Made by a program: the position numbers and the translations under genes. Positions 10,101 to 19,410 of a stretch of DNA of 33,781 bases are shown in pieces. Under the pieces are notes generated by a model. The model searched no databases, had not been told where the DNA came from, and saw only the letters and a program-made list of their open reading frames with translations. The stretch is from assembly GCA_012862495.1 (NCBI GenBank), contig BLSG01000178.1, positions 40,112 through 73,892 on the forward strand, read 5' to 3'. This DNA is from Thraustochytrium aureum (Eukaryota). How positions within the stretch are numbered: the stretch's first letter is position 1; every line of letters begins with the position of its first letter.

Positions 10101-11187
10101 NNNNNNNNNNNNNNNNNNNNNNNNNNNNNNNNNNNNNNNNNNNNNNNNNGTCTGCTCGTTCTCGGCGGGGGCCGTAGAGCGGTGGCGGCCCGACTACAGA
10201 GCAAACAAGCGGTGTGGGACTCGCTGATCATGAGCGAGTCATCGAGCACAACGCGCCAGGGCCTCCCGTGGGCCGACCTGCGCGCCGCTCCGGTCCTTCG
10301 GGGCCTTGTGGAGGCGCGGCTGGACCGCGCGCGTAGCATGGGCTGCCACGGCGTGGACCCAGGCGACCTCAACTGCGTGGAGCGCGCTTCGTGCTTCGCC
10401 GCGCTTCAGTCGGCTTCGACAGAGCTCGCTGCGGCGAGCGGCGGGGCCGCCCTGGGGACGGGGCTTGGGGCCCGGGCAAGCTTGCAACCACTTGAGGACC
10501 CGAGAGCGGTGCAGCTAGGCTTCAACGCGTGGCTCGCGCACGCCGCCGGGAAGCGGGGGCCTGCTGGTTTCGCTGCGCGACGCCGCAACCCTGGCTGACG
10601 ACCTAGCCGACGCGGGATTCGACTTTGCAATCGCGGCCGAGTGCGCCTCGCGCGACGAGTGCGACTCATACAAGTCCGCCTTTGCCGCGAAAGGGCTCCC
10701 TGTGCTCAACGCGGAGTTCGGTCTCACCAGTTGCCCTTCCAGCAGCACGGTGGTCTCGACCAAGATATGCAGCGGCAGCTCGCAGCTCGGTTTGTGCGAG
10801 CTCGAGTGGAGCAACTGCTTTGCCGCGGCTGTCGTCACGCCAAAGCCGACCGCCTCGCCGCTCGTGCCAGATGTTGGCGGCGGCGGGTCGGCGAACGACG
10901 GCGACGGTTTGGACACCGTGCTCGGCAACTTTACCGCCGAGGACGGCGTGTTTGTAGTGCAGCTGCTCGGCGGCCTCTTGCTCATGTTTCTCGTCATTGT
11001 CGTCGTTTTTCGCTTCCGCGCAGGCCCGATCGACCTCGGGCTGTACTCTGAGCCGGACGACGACCAACCTAGCGTGCTGCGCAACTCGTTGCGCCGTAGT
11101 CTGCCCAACGCGCGCGCGCAGCAGAGCCGGAAGCAGCAGATTGGCCAGGCTGCCTCCTCCGACTCGCTCGCCGCGCCGCGCGTCTGA
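7127..11187 (+). CDS. Type I membrane protein: GH114-like (catalytically degenerate) - 3x DOMON separated by PT-rich linkers - GH114-like (degenerate) - TM - short cytoplasmic tail; 5' end in a gap, internal gap, several indels
   Basis: It is open from the gap edge (PNGASWSNL...VVVDL...GHVVVCVFSAGRVEP) and collinear with the GH114 at 12601. DOMON signatures are GWLSLGLS..GSM, GYLALGVS..GM and GWLGLGVS..GRM. The second GH114 spans about 9900-10820 (QLVLLDID; RLDRARSMGCHGV; DFAIAAEC; PVLNAEF). TM segment VFVVQLLGGLLLMFLVIVVVF followed by RFR; TGA at 11185-11187. Frame joins are near 8516, 9870-9975 and 10557. Confidence 0.75.
9126..9178 (+). repeat. 24-nt tandem duplication in a PT/PS linker (APSVAPTD x2)
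   Basis: gcgccgagcgttgcgccgactgat occurs twice in tandem. Confidence 0.9.
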
Positions 11188-11348
11188 ACAACACATACAC
11201 ATACAATACCAAAGAGGTGCTACTAGAGTTGCACCGTCGTCGAGGCGTCGATTCCAGCGTGCACGCGTCGGGCGGTGAGCGCGAAGATCATCCGTCAAGT
11301 TGGCCAACGCCTCGTTCCAACTGCGCTCGCCAGCCACCATCGATCGTG

Positions 11349-11382
11349 TCCGTTCATGTGCGCCATCCGTTCATGTGCGCCA
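11349..11382. repeat. Perfect 17-nt tandem duplication
   Basis: tccgttcatgtgcgcca x2. Confidence 0.85.
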
Positions 11383-11511
11383 TCATGATTGCCGCAGTTG
11401 CTCAACGCGCGATGCTCGATTGATCGATCTCTCAGGATCCGCGGCGAGTTTTTTAGTGCGGCCACAACTTGCCGCAGCGAGGCGCTTGTCGCCTCCCTTC
11501 AGACTCTGCAA

Positions 11512-11556
11512 AACCACTGCGAACCACTGCCAACCACTGTTGCAAACCAACCACTG
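11512..11556. repeat. Four copies of AACCACTG, the first three at 10-bp spacing
   Basis: Copies start at 11512, 11522, 11532 and 11549. Confidence 0.8.
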
Positions 11557-12600
11557 TCAACGCCCACGTCAACCGTCGAGATTGTGCTCAAGCTCGAGCT
11601 GGAGTTGAGAGGCTTGATCATCATGAATGCGTCTTGATTGATCAAGTTGGAGATCGTCTTCGCAGAGTCCAGCTCACGCAGGACGCCGAGTCGGACTCGG
11701 GAGTGCACTGAACGCGCGTTCAACTTCAGAAGGAGGCCGAGGCGCAGTTTGTGCAAGTGCCCGTGATGGCTCCCAAGCGGCCATGACGAGAGGTTGGCAC
11801 GCGCCAAGACGATCATGGTGGGAGGTGTGCGAACGTGTATTTTCGCGGTGGCGCGCAAGTCCGGCACGTGTGAGGAAAGTGTGACGCCGGTTGTCATCTA
11901 CCCTGCTGGTGGAGTAGGCCTTTCATGGTGGTGTTGGCGATCGAGCAGGCTCGCTGCGTTGGCCGGCCAGGAGCCAACGGGCCTCGTTCATGAGGCTTGC
12001 TCGCGTGCGGCGTCCACGCGACGCTGCTTCTCTCTCCTACTAGCATAGAGGCTGGCATCGCATCAACAGGTGTGCGGTCTCCCCTGGAGGTAGCGCGCTC
12101 TTCTCGATTTCTTGACGAGTGGGTGCAGCTTGAGAGGGAGCCTTCAAGTTGGCTTGGTCGTCGTGATCGATCGCGCAGCGACGGTAAACTTTCAAGGCGG
12201 ATGAAGAGGATCATCACTTCGCAACCACTGGCTGCACATCCAACACAGCCAGGTGGACTCGAGTCCATCTGGTTGTCGAGCCAGTTGCACAAGCTCTCTC
12301 CACAGAGTTGCACGAGCTCGAGCGCAGCGACAGCGGATGGTGAAATTGCACTGTGAGAACTTTGGATGGCGGCAAAGCCGCACAAATCGTGATTGGTGAG
12401 AATCGTGTCGCTCCACTCCATAGCCCTCCGCTAGTAGAGCAAGGCTAAGGGTCCTCCCTCCTTCAAGTTGCTTGCAAGCGCTGGGAGCACGAGGCCACGA
12501 AAACAGCCGGCGCCCCTGCATGCGCCGAGCAGTCACGATCGTTTTCCGCGCAACGTACCACAACGCCCCAACGGCGCAAGCAGAGCACAACTAGCCGGGC

Positions 12601-14102
12601 ATGGCTCCGCAGTGGACGCGGGCGCTCGCCACGGCGGTGGCGGCAACCTGCCTCCTCGGGCAAGTCGCCCCAACAGAGGCACGGGTCAAGCTTCCAAGCG
12701 GGACATCGTTCGCCATGTGGGCCTGGGGCCACAAATACCGCGAACCCATCGAAGGCAAGCGCATCGTGATCGTCGACATGGACCACTCCGAAGCAGAGAT
12801 TCGCCAGATGAAGGCTGATGGCCACGTCGTGCTCTGCTACGTTAGCGTCGGCACCATCGAACCGTACCGCCAAGACGTTCGCGCGAATCCCGCGCGCTGG
12901 GCCCAGGTCTCCCTCGGGCCCATGGCTGACTGGAACGAAGAGTGGATCGACTTTACCAACCCGCTGGCCCGCGAGCTGCAGGGCGAGCGCTTCGAACGCG
13001 TCGCAGCAAAAGGCTGCGACGGCATCGAGGCCGACAACGTGGACTGCTATGGCAACACAGCCTGCTGGTCCTTGCTTCCCAATGTCAATAATCGCGCCGA
13101 AGCCGCTGCCGCGCAGGTTGACTACAACCTTTGGCAAACCGCGAAGGCCCACAGCTTAGACCTGTTGATCGGCCTCAAAAATGCGGCGGCCCTCGTCCCA
13201 CAGCTTGTTGATCACTATGACTTTCACATGAACGAACAGTGCCAACAGTGGAACTACTGTCACATGCTGCAACCGTTCGCGGACCAGGACAAGGCCATCC
13301 TCAACGTCGAGTACCTCCCACCAGGACCCGACCTGGACACCCAGGCGCCGTGTGCCGTGGGAGCGACGTATCACTTATCCACAAAATATTGCGAGGGCGA
13401 TTCGGACTCTGGGTTTTGCACTACGGGCACATGGGTGAACTGCTTCCCGGACGAAGTGTTCGGGCCCACGCCGCAGCCATCGAAGGCCCCAACGCTGAAG
13501 CCGACGCGGGCCCCGACTCGGCAGCCCTCGCGTTCGCCGACTCCGGACCCGACGCGCGCTCCCTCGAAAAGGCCGACTGGGTCGCCGACCAAGCGCCCTA
13601 CGCCCGAGCCGTCCAGGGCGCCGTCGCGCAGCCCTTCTGTGAAACCGACACCTTTCCCTTCCCGACAGCCCACCGTGAGCCCAACGCAGCGGCCAACCTC
13701 TGCGCCCGTTGTCGCTCCGACTCCGCCAACAAAGTCGCCAACAGAGTCGCCAACTAGGGGGCCTGTGGTAGGGCAGACTCCGTTCCCGTCCCAGTCTCCA
13801 TCAAAGCGCCCGACCGTGGCGCCCACCAGGCGACCCACACCACAGCCATCGTCTGGGCCCACGAAGCGGCCCACGGCGCTGCCAACGTCTGCGCCCGCAA
13901 AGCGACCGACGCCGAGACCCACCCAACAGCCAACACTTTCGCCCACAGAGCGGCCGACAGCTGCGCCCGCAAAGCGACCGACGCCGAGACCCACCAAACA
14001 GCCAACACTTGCGCCCACAGGGCGGCCGACAGCTGCGCCCACAGAGCGGCCGACGTCTTCGCCCACGAAGCGACCAACGCCAAGACTCACTCAACGGCCA
14101 AC
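12601..14102 (+). CDS. Secreted glycoside hydrolase family 114 (endo-alpha-1,4-polygalactosaminidase-like) with a long basic PT-rich stalk; 3' end in a gap
   Basis: Signal-peptide-like N-terminus MAPQWTRALATAVAATCLLGQVAPTEA. GH114 blocks: IVDMD, GHVVLCYVSVGTIEPYR, WNEEWID, KGCDGIEADNVD, AHSLDLLIGLKN, DFHMNEQC, KAILNVEY. About 210 aa of PTxxPT repeats follow. Confidence 0.9.
13468..14102 (+). repeat. Coding PT/PS tetrapeptide repeat (12-nt period) including a near-perfect 72-nt duplication
   Basis: Peptide PTKRPT/PTRAPS/PTERPT; 13891-13962 is nearly identical to 13963-14034. Confidence 0.9.
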
Positions 14103-14699
14103 NNNNNNNNNNNNNNNNNNNNNNNNNNNNNNNNNNNNNNNNNNNNNNNNNNNNNNNNNNNNNNNNNNNNNNNNNNNNNNNNNNNNNNNNNNNNNNNNNN
14201 NNNNNNNNNNNNNNNNNNNNNNNNNNNNNNNNNNNNNNNNNNNNNNNNNNNNNNNNNNNNNNNNNNNNNNNNNNNNNNNNNNNNNNNNNNNNNNNNNNNN
14301 NNNNNNNNNNNNNNNNNNNNNNNNNNNNNNNNNNNNNNNNNNNNNNNNNNNNNNNNNNNNNNNNNNNNNNNNNNNNNNNNNNNNNNNNNNNNNNNNNNNN
14401 NNNNNNNNNNNNNNNNNNNNNNNNNNNNNNNNNNNNNNNNNNNNNNNNNNNNNNNNNNNNNNNNNNNNNNNNNNNNNNNNNNNNNNNNNNNNNNNTTTGA
14501 TTTGACGAAAGTCCTCAAGACGCATGAACAGTAGAGTAGAGTACCTATTTCCCAATTCTCTCACGCATTGTGTGACCGAAGGCAACCGATTCTGCGCATC
14601 AACACCGACCGCCTCGCCTGCCGTGCCGCACCGGAGGCGTTTAAAAATCCAAGCCCCCCCCCTTCGCCCCTGCGCTTGTTGGAGGGGCCGCGAAAACGT

Positions 14700-16420
14700 T
14701 CATGCCCCGGAAAACCTCTGCACGAAGCTTCGATACACGTCATGGCGCTTGAAAGGTGCCGGCCCGCGGTCCAGCTCGATGCAGCGCAGGATATCCCGCG
14801 CAACCTCTTTGCCGCTCAAGAAGGCCCCATGCGCGCACCCGTAGTGAACCGGGTGCATTGCCTCGCCCGCAAAGAACAGCGACTCGCCCACAGGATACCC
14901 CAAAACGCACGGCTCCCAGGCCTGGACGCCAACCGGAAGGTCCACAAAGGAGCCAAAGGCCCAGGGATTGGCCGACCACGTCGCGAGGCGGTAGTCGACC
15001 GGGTCGCTCGCCTCTGGGAACATTTTGCGCAGCTCGGCCATCGCCTCAGCCACAGTTGCCTCTGGAGGCCGTGTCGAGGCTGCAATCGCCTGATCGCCCG
15101 TAAGCGTGGCCAACAGGATGTGGCGGCCCTTCAACCCAGGAACGCACTCCAGGTTGTGCCACAACGGGAACTGGCCGCGCGTCCACGCACCCCAGAGCAC
15201 AAACTCGGCCGACGGCCAGAACGTCTCGGCAAACTGCAGGTACAACTTGACGTAGTGCGTCATGGGAATCTTTTGGATCGAGTCGCGCTTCCATCGCGGA
15301 AGCCGCGGGTGAAAGTTAACCACATCAGGCTGGTTGTTGAAGCGGCCAATGCTCCGCTGCAGCACGCCCTGGCTGAACGTGACGACGCAATACTCGGCGC
15401 GAATAATAACCTCCCGCTCAGACCCGTCTGCTTGCATCTCGTGCGCAACGACAAGCACGCCGCGCTGGCCGCGCGTGGGCGAGTGGTGGATGTCCGACAC
15501 GCGCCACCCGAGGCGCAACTTGTCGCGAAAGGGCGCCGCGATCTCGTGAGCCAGCGCTTCGTAGCCGCGCTTGTCAGAGACGAAAAACTCGCCGCCATAA
15601 AACCCGTCTGCCGGCTTGCCTGTACACCCCGTCTCTTCTGCCCGCGTTCCGTACTCAAAGTCTACATCCCACCATTCGAGAGCATAGTCGAGCGGTGTCT
15701 GTGGGGTCCAGCCGCACTTGCCCAAAACTGCGCGCATGCTGGCGTCTGCGCGTCCAGAGGCCTTCATGCGCTCCTTCTCGCGCTCGAACTTATCGTAGGC
15801 GCCTTCAAAGTCGGGCCACCGCACCCTGGAGGTTCGCACGCGATCGCCGGTCGCTCCTGGCCGTTCCTCAAAGGCGGCTACAGAGTCCCAGTCTGAAACC
15901 GCCCCTTCGAGATGGAGCTTCTTGGTAAGTTTCCAGAGCGGATTGGTGCCAGAGGAGGCGCCCTTCCGCCCATGGATCCAGTTTGCGCCGTCTTCGACAG
16001 TGGTCCCGTCGCGCAGCTTGGACACCTTGGCGCGACCGCCGATCCTCCCTTGGCCCTCCACGACTATAAAGTTGTGCTGCCCGTGGTTGAAGAGCTCTCG
16101 TGCAGCGCTGACCCCAGCAAACCCGGCGCCAAGGACCACAACCCGCGTTTCTAGATCCGCGCGTCTGTGAAAGTTGGCGGGTCTCGTGCCAGACGTGCTC
16201 GTCGCAGTCGAGCCTGCGCCCACGCCGGTAGTTTCACTCCCCTGAACGCTGTCAGTACCTGCCACGCTGTGGAGACCAAGGGCGGGCGCTTGAACTGCGA
16301 TATCGACAGCACTTAACGCCAGCAGGATCGCACGTTGCTGCTGCTCGACGTGGCGCAAGCGCACGAGGATGTTGTCGGTCTCAAACTCTCCGCGCTCGAC
16401 CTGCGCCGAGCCGGACGAGC

Positions 16421-16454
<34 letters not shown>

Positions 16455-16720
16455 GCCGCTCCCATTGCTGCTGCTACTGCTGCTGCTACTGCTACTGCTG
16501 CTTGAATCGCTCTCAGACCTCGCCCTGCCCCTCCGTCTACCTCTTGCCTCGCTGGCCAACGGCGTGGCCCCTACAGCCAATACATCGCCGACTTTGCCCG
16601 CTCGCTCAGCTCGTCAAGCTCCTCGCTCCTCGACGAGCTCGAGCACGACGTCGCAGTGGCTCCTTCGGCCACCCCGCTCGTGCTCTCGTCCTCGTCGTCC
16701 AGCCCGTCTCCGTCCCGGCG
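14700..16720 (-). CDS. Flavin-containing amine oxidase (polyamine oxidase-like) with a low-complexity N-terminal extension; 5' end uncertain or in a gap
   Basis: FAD-binding motif RVVVLGAGFAGVSAA...VEGQGRIGGR; VEDGANWIHG; WSANPWAFGSF; LFFAGEA...GCAHGAFLSG; TGA at 14700-14702. Confidence 0.9.
16419..16502. repeat. Imperfect (CTG/CAG)n trinucleotide repeat encoding poly-Ser in the oxidase N-terminal extension
   Basis: gctgctgctg... with cta interruptions; the minus strand reads SSSSSSSSSSSSNGSGSSSSSSSSSSSSSS. Confidence 0.9.
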
Positions 16721-17460
16721 NNNNNNNNNNNNNNNNNNNNNNNNNNNNNNNNNNNNNNNNNNNNNNNNNNNNNNNNNNNNNNNNNNNNNNNNNNNNNNNN
16801 NNNNNNNNNNNNNNNNNNNNNNNNNNNNNNNNNNNNNNNNNNNNNNNNNNNNNNNNNNNNNNNNNNNNNNNNNNNNNNNNNNNNNNNNNNNNNNNNNNNN
16901 NNNNNNNNNNNNNNNNNNNNNNNNNNNNNNNNNNNNNNNNNNNNNNNNNNNNNNNNNNNNNNNNNNNNNNNNNNNNNNNNNNNNNNNNNNNNNNNNNNNN
17001 NNNNNNNNNNNNNNNNNNNNNNNNNNNNNNNNNNNNNNNNNNNNNNNNNNNNNNNNNNNNNNNNNNNNNNNNNNNNNNNNNNNNNNNNNNNNNNNNNNNN
17101 NNNNNNNNNNNNNNNNNNNNNNNNNNNNNNNNNCCAGGGCAGTCCTGTGGATGGGGGTCTGTGTTCGAAGGCGCTCGGTGGTGGCGCGAGAGCGCTGGTG
17201 CAACTCGCGCTTGCTAGGCACGGGAGTGGGCGGTGAAGGCGAAGACTCGCTTGATCGCGAACAGGGCTTGGCGCTGTCGTTCGTTCGTTCGTTGTCGTCG
17301 GGGGCGGCAGCGGCGGCGGCTGGAGTTTCGTCGTGAGCGAGTTCCTGAGATGGCGCGGTTTCGTCGTGAGGCGGTTGACCGTGCGCGAATTGCGCGAAAG
17401 GGGCGCGCTGCCCAGTTCCGCTTTCGTTGGCGTTTGCCTCTCAAATGGCGAGGCGCCTGT

Positions 17461-17515
17461 CCAATAGGTGGAGGCCTCTGCGTATCTATTAGGTGGGGCC
17501 TATCAAATAGGTGGG
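17461..17515. promoter_or_regulatory. Candidate cis-element cluster: three TAGGTGG motifs in a divergent intergenic region
   Basis: aataggtgga (17463), attaggtggg (17488) and aataggtggg (17506); the first overlaps a CCAAT at 17461. It lies between the 5' ends of the oxidase (-) and the 17740 ORF (+). Function is inferred only. Confidence 0.35.
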
Positions 17516-17739
17516 AAACGCTCAAACGCGCCCGCGGCTCCGGCAGACCCCAAACGACGAGCGAGACAACAGCAACAGCAAGAGGACAGGCTCCAAGCAC
17601 AAGGCCAAGAGTTCTCCAAGGCCCGTCGTCGTCCGTGACCCGACTTCGGTGCGAAGGACATGAAGCAAGGGTGATCCGCCTCTCTTTCTACAGACCGGTG
17701 ACCTGGTGCGCTCCAGGCCCCAACAAGAGAAGAGCTACC

Positions 17740-18466
17740 ATGTGGAGAACTGCGCACAACATCGTCAAGGCCACGTGCGGGCGGGTATTCAGGGAAAGCG
17801 GCCTCTCGAGTGACGAAGAATGGACCAGAATAGGCACGCTCCTGTATGCCATTGACGAGAATCTTTTTGCCGAATTCAAAGGCCTCGCCGTTAAACGTGA
17901 TTCACTGACGACTGGTTTGGAAGGGTACGACGCCTTCCTAACTGCACGTTGGTCGGAAAACATGGGTGGAATTATGGTGTGGGCAGTTGACAAGATCTTC
18001 GAGGCGATCATCTCGTGGGAATATTTCAGTGAGCAACGATTCGTGGTCTACTTTAAAGACGCATACACGGGCGAGTGCTTTTACGACTTACTCGTGTTGA
18101 TTTTTTACAAGAACATCGCCTACGGGAACATTCTGGACCTGTCAAGCCTGGACGATTTAGTCGACACTCTGCTCTCCTCCTCGAACATCCGTGGTGCGGA
18201 TGCCAAAGACCTGTTCGGGCTCTTTTGTCGCCCTCGCTGCAGAGTTGAACGATCTCGAAACGGTCAAGCACTATTACCAGTCTCTAGAGTTCATCTTCGA
18301 GTGTCGGGACTGGAGAATGTTGAATGCTCCAGTCGCCTCGGCAGTGATCAACAACAACCTCGACATGCTCAGTTTTTTTCGGTCGAAAACCAAGTCCTGT
18401 TCCTGGTACCAAATGCAAGACACGAGGTCCAGTTTGGGGCAACAATTCTCGGTTTATAATCGCACC
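17740..18466 (+). CDS. Low-GC hypothetical protein with a PriCT-2-like N-terminal motif and ankyrin-like repeats; frameshift at ~18225, 3' end in a gap
   Basis: ATG in GCTACCATG context; EEWTRIGTLLYAIDENLFAEF. Removing one T of TTTT at 18223-18226 gives FVALAAELNDLETVKHYY...VASAVINNNLDMLSFF. Confidence 0.55.
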
Positions 18467-19410
18467 NNNNNNNNNNNNNNNNNNNNNNNNNNNNNNNNNN
18501 NNNNNNNNNNNNNNNNNNNNNNNNNNNNNNNNNNNNNNNNNNNNNNNNNNNNNNNNNNNNNNNNNNNNNNNNNNNNNNNNNNNNNNNNNNNNNNNNNNNN
18601 NNNNNNNNNNNNNNNNNNNNNNNNNNNNNNNNNNNNNNNNNNNNNNNNNNNNNNNNNNNNNNNNNNNNNNNNNNNNNNNNNNNNNNNNNNNNNNNNNNNN
18701 NNNNNNNNNNNNNNNNNNNNNNNNNNNNNNNNNNNNNNNNNNNNNNNNNNNNNNNNNNNNNNNNNNNNNNNNNNNNNNNNNNNNNNNNNNNNNNNNNNNN
18801 NNNNNNNNNNNNNNNNNNNNNNNNNNNNNNNNNNNNNNNNNNNNNNNNNNNNNNNNNNNNNNNNNNNNNNNNNNNNNNNNNNNNNNNNNNNNNNNGCATT
18901 TGAGGATCTTAGGCTTGCTCGCCCGTGCAAGCCGCGCCACCAATTTCGCTCTCGTAGCCAAGGACTCTGGTTGGCCAATCCTCGCCGTCGAGCCGCTTCA
19001 CGCAGCTCGCTTCATTTGCGCAAGGCTCCCTTGTCGCGATTAGGGTCGCTTGGTTTCGCTGTGGACGTATTGCTTTGGGCAGCTGCAGAGTTGGCTCGGC
19101 CCGGCGAGATTGCTCAGTTGCTCGGCTTGCGCGACTGGAGCGCTTGTCTGGCGCAACACGTGCGGGTGGGCTGGCGGTGTGTCAAGCTTCGCTTGCTGCG
19201 TTCTGCGCTGAACGAACTTTGCCTGGGCGGTTTCCGGGCTCTGCAAGAGCCGGATTGGGGGGTGAGGCTAGCTAGCTAGTCATGACGGTGCGCGCAGATT
19301 CTCTCCAAGCGCGACGGAAGCGCGAAGCCAGAGCGAAGGACTGCTGCTATACAAGCGGAGAGGTAAGTTGGCTTGGTATCTGATTTCACCAGATTCAGGC
19401 CCAGTTAGGC

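Noticed and set aside
13891..14060. Direct repeats that could be mistaken for a CRISPR array
   Set aside because: They are contiguous in-frame repeats encoding PT peptides, with no unique spacers, no cas genes and a eukaryotic context.
14568..15896. Long antisense ORFs (e.g. 14568-15896 +, 27721-28782 +, 2908-3957 +, 26707-27702 -)
   Set aside because: These are shadow ORFs opposite well-supported genes, expected from high GC3 codon bias; no recognisable domains.
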